Source: Octopus sinensis
Taxonomy: Eukaryota
DNA length: 64,000 bases
Assembly: GCF_006345805.1 (NCBI RefSeq)
Contig: NW_021831847.1
Coordinates: 124,001 to 188,000 of the forward strand
Direction of reading: 5' to 3'
Below the pieces are notes generated by a model. The model worked only from the letters and a program-made list of their open reading frames with translations. It was not told the origin of the DNA and searched no databases. The position numbers and the translations under genes are program-made. Of this stretch, positions 12,939 through 25,923 are shown piece by piece. The first letter of the stretch is position 1. Each line of letters opens with the position of its first letter.

Positions 12939-15635
12939 CAGTGGTTCCCAACCTTAAGGTGCTCGCGGAACCCTTTTGGGCTAATTAATTTTTTGCGGAC
13001 CCCTCCAATTCAATTATTATAATTTCACTTAAAACATAATAGTAATAACCAAAAACAATTTTAATGTGAACATTGAGGTAATTTTTTATCATAGCATAGT
13101 TGTGTAACGTTAGGAGTTATTGTTGACAACTGTATCCTCATATCAGCGGAAGCATTAAGTTTATTTCTATATTTTGTTTTGGTGGATGTATATATTATGT
13201 CGCGACCCACGCTGGCGACCATCCCACGCTGGCGACCAGAGCGACCTTCATTGTTGACAAGATTGACAGGGCGACCTACATAGTTTGACACTAATTACTG
13301 ACTAAAGATAATTGCTAAAAAATCAAAAAACTTGACATTTTTTATCTCTATTCATAGTAACTATTTCGTAATTCGATCTAAATGTTTGTTAGGAAAGACA
13401 AATAACCATTAATCTGTATTTAGACATTATATTTTTTACTTTCCATTTTCTTCATATAAGGATTCAAATCTGTGTAGCTTCAATGACGGATTCGTCCTAC
13501 AATTTTTTATTATTCGTTTCTAGAAATAAATACATCGTAAATTTACCATTAAGTTCATCTTCGACAAACGATGCCTCGTTATTTTTATCTAATTATAAAT
13601 AAGATTATAACCTGGTATTTCATGAATCACAGTGTTAATTCCAGAAATACCCCTAAACTTTTGAAGGGGGTCTCATTGATCGCCGAGTGGTGTGTCGTAT
13701 TATAGGAAAAAGTTACTTTGTCTAAAAATTGTTTCCAATTTTTACGTATTTTTTTATGTAGAGAAATTGTACAATAAGACCGGTTTCAGTAGCATGTTGT
13801 ATAATTTGATTTTTAGAGAGGTCGAAATTTGTTCGTAATATGTCCGCCGTATTGTTTCCAATTTTTAGTTCCTTCTTCATCCATCAGTTTTGCCATACCA
13901 CGTGTCAATATCTAGTTAAAGCGCTCAATTACACCCTAATTTATTTCAAATTTATTCCTCGCATAGTTGAGCCATAAGTTGGTTTTTGAATTCCAGCCCG
14001 TTGTCCGTTTGCAAGATCTGATAATATCCAATTTGATAAAACAATTTTTGGAATTTATTCACCACTTCTTCAATTAAATTGTAAGTCTTACCAGAAGCAG
14101 TTTTATTTTTTAAAGATTTGCAGACAACAAATTTGCTGTAGATGTCAATAATTGTCAGTATCCAATTACATCCATCGTCAAACTCTTTATATCTTCTAAC
14201 ATCAATAAGATCCACCTGGAATTTTTCATTGGGTTTTTCTGCAGTTACATGGTAATTAGAATCCGACAACTAGGTATATATTTTTTTAAATACTTTCAAT
14301 GGTAAGGCAAATTTACAAATTTCGCAGTCTTTTATAATTTGTTCGATGATTGGACGTTTTACAGTGAAATAGAATTCACTGCACTTTTTCTGAAGCTTTC
14401 GTATTCCCCAGTGGGATTCTTGGTGAATGGCGAATGCTAGTGTCCTGATCTCCATTTCATTGTCCAGACAAATGACCAATTTGTGTTTTTGATTATTCTC
14501 GTCCTTTAGATAAAGACTATGAGTTAGGAGTCGCAAATATACCGATCATTAATAATGATAAATTGAGTCGCTTTTTTCATGCTAACATCTTTTGAGAGAA
14601 ACTATAATTTTTTTTCTAAAATGACGCTAAACCATTTCTTAAAATGAATTTTTTCCGGTTTAAATATCAAACTAATCACCTGTCAAACTGAAGGTCATAA
14701 CCTGTCAAACTGATGGTCGCCAGCGTGGGTCGCGACATATTAAAAACCCAAACTAGCATAAGTAAGTCGTTGGAAAAGGTAATAGTTTACGTATAGCCAT
14801 TTCTGAGATATCTGGATATTTTGAAATGTATCCCCTCCAAAAATTAAAAAGGGATTCATTTTTATATAACTGATATGACGCTGATTCTGATGTCAAATCA
14901 ATAAGATGTTCATATTCAATTGATGTTAGATTTGCTGGTATTACTTTAACTTTGAATGGGTTTTGAACCCAATCGTCATCAAATTTACCCGGAAAATATT
15001 TCGCAATGTTATCGTCCAAAATCATCAAATGATCTTTGATGTCCTGAAGAACTGTATTGTCCAATGATGATTTTGATTCTTCGAGATACTCTTGTAAAAC
15101 GGCAAAGCATGCAATATTATTATCTACAGATGATCGCCAAAATTCGATTTTCCGTTTTAAGGCCATTACTTTTTCATTCAAAATAAAAACTTTCTGATAT
15201 TTTCCTTGTAATGATAATGTAAATTTATTCAGTTTTTCATAAATTGAAACCAAATATGCAAGTCTCTGTAACCAAATATTGCAGGAACAAGAGATGTGTT
15301 AGGCATTATATGATGGCATATTACACATTCTGCCGTATGTGGTAAATCAGATCCATTCTGAGAAAACCCATATGAGAGGTAGCTTTCATCATATTTCTTT
15401 TCTAAAATTATAATTATAAAAAAAACCTTTTTTGAATATTTTTTGGAACCTCTTATGCAATTATTGTTTCTCATTAAAAATCTTATAAAATTGACCAACT
15501 AACTCAAAAGAGAAACAAGATATAAGCGTGGATGTTTAATATATTTTAATAATTAAAAACTATTATTAAATAAATATAATAAATTTCGCGGAACCCCTAA
15601 ACTGGCTCCGCGGAACCCCAGGTTGGGAACCACTG
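12939..15635 (-). mobile_element. hAT (Buster/Charlie, ZBED5-like) transposon with an internally deleted transposase, carrying a nested Ginger-type element
   Basis: 15-bp TIRs cagtggttcccaacc and ggttgggaaccactg. Perfect TSD ctttatat (12931-12938, 15636-15643). Fragments KYDESYLSYGF...AECVIC, LSLQG, LLPFPTTYLC and YTSTKTKYRNKL...QCSH. Confidence 0.96.
13198..14737 (-). mobile_element. Ginger/TDD-type DNA transposon encoding a retroviral-like (rve) integrase, degenerate at the 3' end
   Basis: 26-bp TIRs tgtcgcgacccacgctggcgaccatc and gatggtcgccagcgtgggtcgcgaca (TGT...ACA). 5-bp TSD tatta (13193-13197, 14738-14742). HHCC zinc domain (HQESHWG...CEIC) and core FQVDLID...IDIYSKF...LQTDNGLEF. Confidence 0.9.
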
Positions 15636-16199
15636 CTTTATATGATCTATAGGCTCGGTTAAAAGAACTTTCTTTCAAATAAAGAGTTTTCTAAGATCCA
15701 GCTGAATTTTTATACAAGAAAATTTAGAAAATTATGTAATTTGTATATGTAGCAAACATTTTTAGTGTCTTCATCGTTTAGTTTTATTATTTATAGCCTT
15801 GTCCGCGAATCCATAGTATTTTATAGTTCCGCATTGGCAGGACACACTTTATTTTAAGTAAAGAGTTAATATTTTAATTAATCGTAGATAGGATCAGGGG
15901 ATCTTTGACTGTTTTTTCTTGTTCTTGTAGTGGATCTTTTTTAGACAATTTGGTCCCGCGATGGAGGGTCACTGATGACGTCACTCGTCAAACCAGCCTG
16001 TGTATTCAGCGGTTAGAATTTCTCGTTGTTTTTAATTATAAAGCTAAATTTTTGGGTTATTTTTTTAGTTTATAGGTTAATAAAGTATAAAATTTTAGGT
16101 TAAAATTTTTATTTTGCCAATTTTTGCTATCCAAATTAATAATGCACGGATATCACCAACTTAATAATGCTCGGATCAATTATGGGTATATGTAAGTTC

Positions 16200-16370
16200 T
16201 ATACACGATAAGCATCTAGAAGATGAATTGTTTTGTGAAACTCAGCACTAATACAACCACCAAGGATATATTTGATAAACTTAACAGTGAATGGGATCAA
16301 TTGGAGTAATTTAATTGATGCGTGTACGGACTACGCACCAGTATTGTCTGTTTTCCGTTCCGGATTTTAA
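16200..16370 (+). mobile_element. hAT transposase remnant
   Basis: Reads LSTNTTTKDIFDKL...INWSNLIDACTDYAP, a degenerate CTDGAP motif. Confidence 0.55.
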
Positions 16371-16399
16371 AACTAGCATTCATTGATTTAAAACTTCTA

Positions 16400-17700
16400 T
16401 TGGATGGATAATTGTCGGAGGTAATTACTCCAAAAGGTTGAAAGACTATTCTTCGATTGTCAAAAATTTTATGGAAGGGAATGAAAATCCAATTTTTGTT
16501 GGAGATTTAAATGCGAAGCATATTGCAAATGGGTCCGCGAAGTCAAATCAGGACGGAAATTGTGTATTTAAGATTAAAAAATCTTCAAATTTTAACGTCT
16601 GAAGAGCTGAACGACTTTCATTGGGAAAGTGGTGATCGATTACAATTGTTTATTGTTGCAAATTCTCTAAATGGTTTCTGTGACAGGCCTTATGTTGAAA
16701 ATGATGTGGGGAATGACCATCTCCAAAACGATAAAATTACGGACGGGAGCAGTTCTCACGAAGGATGTATTTTTTGGTTATAATATCAGCAACATTGATT
16801 GGAATCATTTTTATGTATATAAAATTGACAAATACTTATGAATTGAAAACACCAAATCTTAACGAGATCAATTATTAGGATGCAAAATGAGAAATATTAT
16901 TCTAAGTTATCTGGAGGACTACGCAAAAAAAATTTTTATCTCATACAAAAATCGATTGATAAATGAAGAGGAATCATGAACAAATAAACTTGGAAATAAA
17001 TTAGAGCGGTGTTGGGACTCGCAAGATCCGATCTTCCTCAAACAAAGAATAAATTCGATAAAAAATTTATCAGAGGAATATAGTAGTGGAAAGTTGAAAA
17101 AATTCTCTAAACTTTCTCCTAAAAATCCGAATTTTGAAAAACTTTTTTTAAAATGAATTCTGATAAAAAGGGTGGAAGGATAAAACTTATTCAGTTTAGG
17201 CAATCTGATTTTAAGAGAAAAAGTACCTGAGAAGTTAAAAGAGCAGCTAGCTAAAGTTCAAGAAGTGGACCTTTTGTGGAGATATTTCTATGGAAGAAAT
17301 CAAGTTAGCAATACTCGGATGTAAAAATAAATCCCCTGTTTGGGACTACACACCAATGATTATCTTCAAGAATGTGAAAATGCTTTTATTATATGGACTA
17401 TGAAAGTTATTTAATTCTTCGTGGAGTACAAAAATGTTCCCCAAGCATGGAAGAGGACACTTGTTCGCATGATCTCAAAGAAAGGAAAACCGAGTTCTGA
17501 TTCTGCAAATTACAGACTAATCAGCCTCATATGTTCTATCTCTTAGAAAATTGTCTTGTCTTTAGAAGACTATCAACTTGTATCGAAGATAAACAGTATC
17601 TCTTGCTAAAATAATGGGAATTTTGGCGTAACAAGGGCACTGGAAATTGTTTTTCACTCCTAAAGGAGGCTATATTTACAGCACAAAGGAAAAAAGAATA
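16400..17700 (+). mobile_element. Degenerate APE+RT LINE of the same family as 47021 and 60272
   Basis: FVGDLNAKH, DVGNDH and WKRTLVRMISKKGKP...NYRLISLICS parallel the intact copies. Many stops and frameshifts. Confidence 0.8.
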
Positions 17701-17759
17701 TATTGGATTTTATTTTTAACGAAAATTCGATTTTTCCTTTTTTACGATTACATTTCGTA

Positions 17760-18460
17760 ATTTACCCATAATTGGAATATTTGAAGGTGACTTTTGTAGA
17801 ATAAACTTTTCCATAGTCTCAATTGCACACATTGCATCACAGAAACCAATTTTCTCTACATCTCATCATTTTTATTCTCTTGATCCTTATCTTCACTGGA
17901 CTCAATTGTTCCTACAAATTCTTCATCATTGATGTTGCAAATTTTATAGGAACAATTTTCATTATTATCTGAAACCGGAGAGTCCTCCTTCATAGTAGAC
18001 TCACCCGGAGTGTCCTGCTTTGCCCAAATGTTAGATGCTTTTCGAACCAATTCGTTACTGTTGTTTATGTAATTTCATCCCACGCTTCAATTATCAATGG
18101 TATTGCATCTACTAGTTTGATATTTCTGATTTTCTTTGAGATCATAAAATGACATTTTCGACAAAAAGTCAGCATTGGTTTCATATTGCTCATCTCCTGA
18201 TATAGTACGAGATTTTATTCTAAATTTATTCTTAAAAAAATTAATCCATGTACTTGAAGCCTTAAAATTCAGAAATGAAAATTTTTTATTTCCATTTGTT
18301 GTAGAATTCCGTTTGTAATAGTATCGCCGAGTGATCTTTTATTCTGAATCCATTCATAAAGCGCCATGTGAATTAAGGAAAATTTTGTTAGAATTCTTAA
18401 TTTTCAAAATAGGATTCATTGCTTGGGATTTTGTTTATTGTTTCAATTGGCTTGTTGAAT
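17760..18460 (-). mobile_element. Tigger/pogo (CENP-B HTH) transposase remnant
   Basis: ALYEWIQNKRSLGDTITNGIL...FKASSTWINFFKNKFRI matches the Tc5-type HTH. Confidence 0.7.
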
Positions 18461-18835
18461 ACTTTACTAAATTGAGTTCGAATTAAAACGAAGTTTCGCA
18501 ACAACTTGACTGATAGTCAACCAATAATTTTAATATTTTAAGTAATAACTAATTGTTAAAAAATATTGGTGCCCCCTGTAAATTCTTTATGGCACCTGAT
18601 TAAAAAAGCGTGAGAATCACTAATATTTGATAGGGCGTCTCGACTGCTGTCAAGTACATTGAAAAATGAATTAGCTATCACAAGTTAAAATTAAAAAACA
18701 AATAAGTTTCATTTAATTAAAAATCAAATATTTTAGCCAAAAAAATGTTACTTGGCATTTTGGAAATTTTAACAACATGTTATTAAGGCAAAACAAAAGG
18801 AAAAAACGTTAAGAAATTAGAGAAGTTGATAATAT

Positions 18836-19730
18836 TTAAACCCAGTCAAGAATGGGAGGCTCCACATTCTCAACAGGCCTATCCACAACAGCAGGCTGAA
18901 CCTCCGCACCAGTCGAATACAATTGTTCAAGTTGAGACTCTACAACTCACCCAAATTGAAAACTGTCATATTTTGGTCGCTTCAAAACCTTGACTTTAGT
19001 CAACAAAACTTCGCCCAAAGGATAGATCCTCTCTGTCCGTTTAATCACATCCTTAGCCATCGCCTCTGCTTTACTAAAAATCAAAACCAGAAGACTACAT
19101 TATTTTGATAAACGAAGCCAAGTCGGAGGACGCAATTCCTCTGGTCATCGTGTCCACCATCACCTTCCTTATTCGCTTCACTTGCCTCCTCTGACAATAA
19201 CTGGTCTTTTTGATCTGGTTCTTGTTCCTCCCCGTAGAACCCACCATAAAGCAATGCAGTTTATATCCGTCGGTTGTGCTCGCGGAGGCGTGGGCATCCA
19301 CCAAAGTCTAAATGGAGGTCTACAAAATAAGGCCTACGTGCCATTTTTTGACAATGCTTTGTTTTTTGTCTTGGGTTGTGTCCATTCCGGCAAAGGAGGT
19401 GTAGCAGTTCTTCCCTTCGACGGAATCGCACACAAAACGGAATATTTTGTAGCACAAATTCTCGCTTTTATCGAGATCTGCCAAAGACACTTTGTATGAA
19501 CGCCCTTTCAAGTTGTCGGATGCGAGTTCTAATAATTTCAAAGACTCGGATACTTTCTCCAGTGGTTTTTGTTACGACAGTTTTTCCGATTTTGGTGTTC
19601 TCAAAATAGGAAGGAGCACTCACGTTGTACCATTCCTTCCTCAAAAAGGGGTCAATACTATTTATATTGTTTATTAAGAGTACGTTTTCTTTTTCTTTAT
19701 AGCGGCATATTTAGCATCAGTCTTTCCCAT
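18836..19730 (-). CDS. RPS3A: 40S ribosomal protein S3a (eS1), multi-exon
   Basis: Spliced product MGKTDAKYAAIKKKKT|IDPFLRKEWYNV...LASDNLKGRSYKVSLADL...TTDGYKLHCFMVGST...QIKKTSYCQ...IYPL and C-terminal EPPILDWV. Introns about 25 nt. Confidence 0.93.
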
Positions 19731-21039
19731 GAGCCAACTAGAACAAACTAAACACGTTTAACACGTTATAGTATTTATTTAATTTATAAAAAAACTATGT
19801 TTAAATCAAAAAAGTTTATTTTTAGAATTTCAAAATTTTGTCAAAAAATTGTAGCAGAATAAATGGTGTTAAGAAGCAATTTTCGAACAATGATTTCATA
19901 CAGAAAAAAAGTTAATATTTGTCCGTACTATTTTTTAACAATTTATAATTATTTTAATACAATTATTATTTGTTTTTATTAATTGTTTTATAACTAATAA
20001 ATAAAGACCGCGCTATTATTTACTTTTTCGCTATGTTCAGTAGGACGCCTCGATTTACTGATAAAAAATCATGTATTTTGTAAATTTAATATATATAGCG
20101 GAGATTCCGCCTGTCGGATACTACAATCCAATATATCGGAATGACATTGGCGTCCGCAACACCCCACTAAAGACTCCTAATGTTCGCGAATTTTTTTATT
20201 TTTAGAAATCATCACTCAAGATCGCCCCAAATAGGGAGAGTTTTGTAAAATCCCAGAATAATTTATTTAAACAAGAAACTACGAGTTTTAAAAGGAAATT
20301 GAACATGATTTTGTTGAAATTTATAGGCATGTATTCAATTATTTATATTTTATAGATTGTTTCGAACATGTTGAGAAAAGACTTGAAGGCTACCGAGCTA
20401 GACTGAGTGTTGTGGACAGGGCACTCCAATTGATGGTATTTGACATTCTTATTGCAGAAAATATTGCAATCAAAGCAACTCGAAAAGTCTTTTATTGACA
20501 AAATATGTAAGGAAAAGCAAGTTCGGAAGGAATATTTAGTTTGTAGAAAAATTGTTGATTCTTTTAGCTTCAACTGTCTACGATACAGAAAGAGAATGAT
20601 GTGTTAAGAAAGGACATTGGGGACATGGAGAATAAGATGATTGCCACTTGTAGTGCCGACCATTCAAATAAACGTCCGAAATGTTTCTTAGAATTGTGGA
20701 GAGAAAATCTGGAGATAAAGAAGGTCTGTTGTGTTATTGAGTTGGCAGTCATTGCGTGAGTTGACTTATCAGTACAATCTCAATCAAAGTGAATATTGTT
20801 TGCTACACAAGAAATGCATTTCGCTAGAAAAAAGGATTAGTTGATTATATTTTTTGATTATTTCCTTTTTTGAGGTAAACCGATTTGAATGTGGATTTAA
20901 GAGAGTAATGTTAGTGAGGTCATTTCTTCAACAAAAGTCTCTACGTGGATTAAACAACAATGAAGATCAAATTGGTGATTGTGAACCAGAGATTGTAGTT
21001 AGAGAGCTAGTGCTATATTATTATAGAGCTAGTGCTTTA

Positions 21040-21250
21040 CAAATGGACAGCTGTATGTGAGATGCTCAAGGATATGCCTAAGAGGAAAATTATTCACATA
21101 TGCCAAGAAAGGACAGACGACAAACATCGTTTATCAACAGCCGTTAGAATAGGGTTACATCAAACTAAGTCGTTTTATATATCTACATAAACTTATAATT
21201 GTTTGATGGAACAGGTCCTTTGCAGGAACTAAGTAGCGGTGATATATTTA
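21040..21250 (+). mobile_element. Degenerate Helitron 3'-end remnant, related to 52660-52887
   Basis: The tract atggacagctgtatg...gacgacaaacatcgtttatcaacag...tagaatagggttacat...acataaacttata aligns with the Helitron 3' end at 52.7-52.85 kb. Confidence 0.8.
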
Positions 21251-21959
21251 GTCTATCATTAACAAATTCTAGTCTTATTATTAATCTTACATTGCTGCTT
21301 ATCGAGTCTTCACCCATCTTTGGCTCAATTTTGTTTCTAAAGGAGTCAATCCAACTTTCTAATATCTTTTTATAGTCACCGACTGAATCTTTGTACAGTG
21401 ACGTTCTCAAAAGGATCATTCCGATAGTTATTTGATTTCATAAATTATCAGTTTACTTTGCTGAAACTGACACCTATAATAGGAATAGTCAAAAAAAGAC
21501 TTAGAATTAAATTATGCATGAAGCTTAAATGCATTGAGGTATAGGATTAATTAACATTAATTAGGCCGAACATAATTATCATGACATGTACTTGAACAAA
21601 GATGAGAATGGTGAAAAAACTAACGTACATATATCAAGAATTACAAAAATTGACTAACGATTTTGTTTGAAATTTTTCATCTAATTTTTTTAAGATTTGG
21701 AAGCCCGCATAGGGTTAGGGTTAGTTATTTAAGATTTGGTTAGGATTTGAGTTAGGGATAGGGGTGGGCAAAGCCCGCATGGAGTTAAAAATTAGAGTTA
21801 GGAGCAGGCGAATCTTTTATATGGAATCTAGAATTTTTTTTCCATTTTCTAATGTAAATTTTAATTATTATCTCAATTTTAACCAATAACCGAAAAAATT
21901 TGTCTTGTTATTTTTAATAAAGAAAAATTAACCATTTGATTAAAATTAGTAATTGACTT

Positions 21960-23507
21960 CTAGGAGAGCCAAGATTTAATTATATTGATCGTCTGATTCC
22001 TTGCAGATTTCAGACTTATGCTGTCCAAAGATGACGACTTCCTCAAGTCAGATTGATGAACAGCTCCGGAGATTTCAATGACAGTAATCCCCTCGTTAGC
22101 CGTGTTATGATAGCATCCTCCATTAACGGGGTCAAATTCTCCATTGGTGAATATAATATTCGTAAATGAAGACAAATCATTAATATTCGTATTCATAATA
22201 TTGAATTTCCATTTTGGAATTACATTAAAATTATCCCAACAGGTCTGCTCTATGTTATCAACATCAAAATTCATTTCAGGAAACATGTTGTTTGAACTTT
22301 CTCGCGAACATAGATAAAAAGGCATTTCAGTGCAAAACTAAAATGTTCTTTCATTTAAAAAACCTGGAATTGTTTCTCAGTTGAAAACGAAGAGTCAAAT
22401 GTATTGGTTATGTTAATACATTCCGTTTGGCTATCATTTTGAAAATAAAATTCAAGAGTATTATATAAGGCTGAGACCAATTCATCTCTGTTCATGTTTG
22501 GAGCTGAGAAAAATTCTGAGATTTTCTAAAAATTTTTAGTACAAACAATACATCAAGTGGACGGGCTGGTAAATTCTTTAAAAGTGTTGAAGGAGTTTCG
22601 TAGTTAGCCATTGCCGCCACTGAAAACACATCTTGTATATTTAAATAAGCCATTGAAAGATCATGAAGATCGCAAATTTTAAGTTTACGAAATGTAGTGT
22701 GTTGATATTCTAAACTATGTTGACTTAGATCAGACTGAGGTAATCAAGTTGGACGAGTTTAAGGACATTTTTAATATTTTCGACCGAGTTTGGATTTGCT
22801 TTTCGAAAAGCCTTTGTGGTGATTTCATAGGGAGAACTACAGTCAGCGTATCCGTTGAACATCATAATAGGAGCAGATGAGGCAAAAGCGCTATTTTAGA
22901 GTACAAGGTCAACCCAGTTATTTTTGCCGGATATTTCATCCTCATTTGAACTGCCAAGATCCCTGCATATCCTCCGCCAATGGTTATGACCTTCTCGTCA
23001 GGAAATAATTCATAAATCAGTCCAATGTAGTCTTCAATTGCTTGTTGAGATGACAAATAGGGAAATGGTTCATTCTAAACATTATAATTGTGTTTCACAT
23101 GATGGGTATTCTTTGGGATTGACTCGCCGTAATATCGATGTTCAGCAAATATGATAAATGCGTTTAATTCAGCTGCAGCATTCCATACAAATTCCTATTT
23201 AAATAAATGGAACAAAGGACTAGGTTCTCTGCAAATTTTTCAATTCGGTCTTCGTTTCCGGGATAAAAAAGGATTGGACCGCCTGGTTTATGATACTTTG
23301 AAGAATATATGTATTTCATAGAGAATTCATCCATGTTGTAGGGATCAAAGTGATCGACCTGCAATCTGAAATACAATTTGTTACTTGTGTATTGAACCAT
23401 TCAATATGATAGTTTTCTACTTGTTTCGAATCGACCTTTTTGATTTTGATGCTAATTTCAGATGCCACTTGGTGACACAGTAATATATAGGGCAAAAGGA
23501 ATTTCAT
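21960..23507 (-). CDS. PRCP: Prolyl carboxypeptidase-like (peptidase S28) with signal peptide; catalytic Ser replaced by Gly
   Basis: QVDHFD, GGPILFYPGNE, AEHRYYGES, SSQQAIEDY, GGGYAGILAVQMRMKYP, IIFTNGEFDP and GAVHQSDLR. Confidence 0.85.
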
Positions 23508-23559
23508 TATAATATTTATAATCCTTTATTTAATTATCACAATTTAGGTACCCAACGTA

Positions 23560-24480
23560 AAATTAAAAAAAATCATTTCCAATATAATTCACATCCTTAA
23601 AATAACTCCTTATCTCATTCTCAATGTCATCCATCATTTAGTACCTACATCACTCAACTAAAATTTTTTTTGATGTGTTCGACTTGTTCATTTTTGATAC
23701 ACTAACTTGGATAGAGTTATTTTCCTCTCAAGCATTTTTTGTATTCAAAACAAATTTGGGTTCGCTTTTTTTACATCCACCTCACAATTCTCAATTTCGC
23801 TCAATTTTGTCTCCATTTCGATCAAGAATATTACGTAATCGCTAAATATTTTTCAGCGATTTTATTTCTCTAATTGATAATAATTTATGTTTTAAAAACT
23901 ATAATGCCTTGAAAAACTCATCCTTCTTTGCCCAATATTATCAAAAGAATTGTTCTAAAATTGTACAAATTTTCAAAATATGTTTGAACTTAGCAGTGAA
24001 AGATGATTTAGGCAAATTAAGCTCGTTATTTAACAAAGAGGTAGGAAAATAGAATGACAGGGTGTGAGTGACCAAGTCGAGGGAAACCACTTCCATGCTC
24101 GTCTGGTCAGAAACCGAGCACAAATCAATGTTCCACTGAGTGACCAGTTCCAACAACCGTCCATTTAGTGTCATCGGGAAGCCAGAAAAGCCACGTTTAT
24201 TAACGACGATTTTGTATTCTGTCACAGTAGTGCTGGAGGAGAAGACGAATAGGTTAATAATAAAGCCCTACGTGGAGGGTTTGACTAGTCGGAAATGACC
24301 GACTTGTTCCTCTGGGAGACAGTTGTTGTGGATTATGCCTATGCCCCCATCCAACTACAAAGTTTGTGTATTAGCTCACAAGTTTCTTGTCGAACCGACA
24401 CTCTTTTCTTTCAGTCTGGTTTTAACTCATGAAGATTTTCCTCTTGAGAAGAGTTCGTCAGGGTTCTACTCATAGACTTC
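23560..24480 (-). CDS. Unidentified spliced host gene with a coiled-coil-like C-terminal part
   Basis: ORF 23941..24225 plus flanking open frames separated by ~25-nt GT-AG segments (e.g. gtgagctaatacacaaactttgtag). Family not recognised. Confidence 0.3.
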
Positions 24481-24902
24481 TATTATTTAGCATGGCTACG
24501 AACAACTTCCAAACCCGCGCTGATCTTTGGACTTACTTTCTACTTTACAGACGATTTGCTAATCTTTGACATTTCAAAAAACCTATTTTTTCTGAACGAT
24601 GTCTCTATCTATATAAACAAAATTAATCAAGTTTGCGGCAGTAGGCAACTCAGCATTGCTTTAAACAAGTCCGCTTTCCCCAGAGTCCCATCAAGACACA
24701 CTAGACTTCTGGTACAACTCTAAGCAGTCGCTGATACTTAAACTAGCATTCAAACTTAGTCTGAACGATAATATCTCTGACTGAGCGGAATCCCGACAGT
24801 AGAAAAGGAGCTTCAAAAAAAATATTTAGTCATACCTGAAACGTACTCAAGTAATTTCTCCTGAAAGATATTATAACGTATCTCAGAAGAGCTCGGCTGT
24901 CA

Positions 24903-25444
24903 TCAACCCACTGAGCTGATTTCCAAGTTTAGGAGGTATATAACATGAAGATGCAGGAGGTATAAGATGCAGGCTATCGTCATCCGGAGGGATCCCAAAC
25001 TTATTTTCACTGTGATTTGTTCTAAAAGATCTTCCATGTCCATAATAGCCAATATCTTGTTTGATAGGTCCATAATATTAATCTGATTGTGGATAATGGT
25101 TAGGAGGCCTCCACCTTTTCCAAGTTTTCGGTTTTTTCGGAACACGGAATATCCAGGGAACGTTGGGGTTGAATCTTTGTGTGTGAGTTTTGACTCCTGA
25201 ATTAAAGCAATATCCACTGAGTTAGACTGAAAAATCGTCCAAGTTCCATAATCTTTGTTAGAATTCCATTGATGTTGACTTGGGCAATAATCAGAGCTGG
25301 TCCTGGATTTGGTTTGACATCGCCAGAGATAAATAGAAATGCACGACACCATCCACGTCTCCATGAAGAAGGGATAAGGAGTTTGCGGCTCTTTTTCACA
25401 TTTATTGTGCAATGACACCACGTCGTAGGTGAGCCAAGCGACAA
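24903..25444 (-). mobile_element. N-terminal ORF2 fragment of an APE-type LINE with a 2A-like motif
   Basis: SGDVKPNPGP is followed by IIAQVNINGI, DIALIQESKL, PGYSVFRKNR and GGGLLTII (APE subdomains). Confidence 0.85.
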
Positions 25445-25923
25445 ATGATTTAAGATATACAGCGAAGACTACAAAAGTAAGGACGTCTCCTTGATCACTT
25501 ATTTAGTTGTTTAAATTTATTAAGAATACTAATTTCATAAATCAACGAATTAAAAAAAGCTGAGAACCTTGCCTACATATGAAAGTCCATGTCGTCCGGG
25601 AACTGGTACTCGGTATGTATAAGAGTGTTGGAGAACTCACCAGTCTGCTCTGTTAAATGAATTTCCAAAGAGTTGGTTTTTTGTTTTCTAGGTTCGGAAA
25701 AGATTCAACACAAGTATACATCATCTCCCATATTTTTTCATTGAATGGATCTATCAGCCCTCTGTTCGGAGGGAGTTTGTCGAATCTCTAATAAGTGAAA
25801 TAAAATCGCATATCACGATTTGTCGAGCTCGCCTATCAAAACACACTTTTTTAGACATTTTTGCAGTTATTTAATAAACCAATATTTTTGAAAAGAAAAA
25901 TAATTACCATAACAACCACTCTA

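Noticed and set aside
15968-15995. Hammerhead ribozyme core (ctgatga...aaac)
   Set aside because: The required GAAA after stem II is absent (tcaaac), and stems I and III are not evident.
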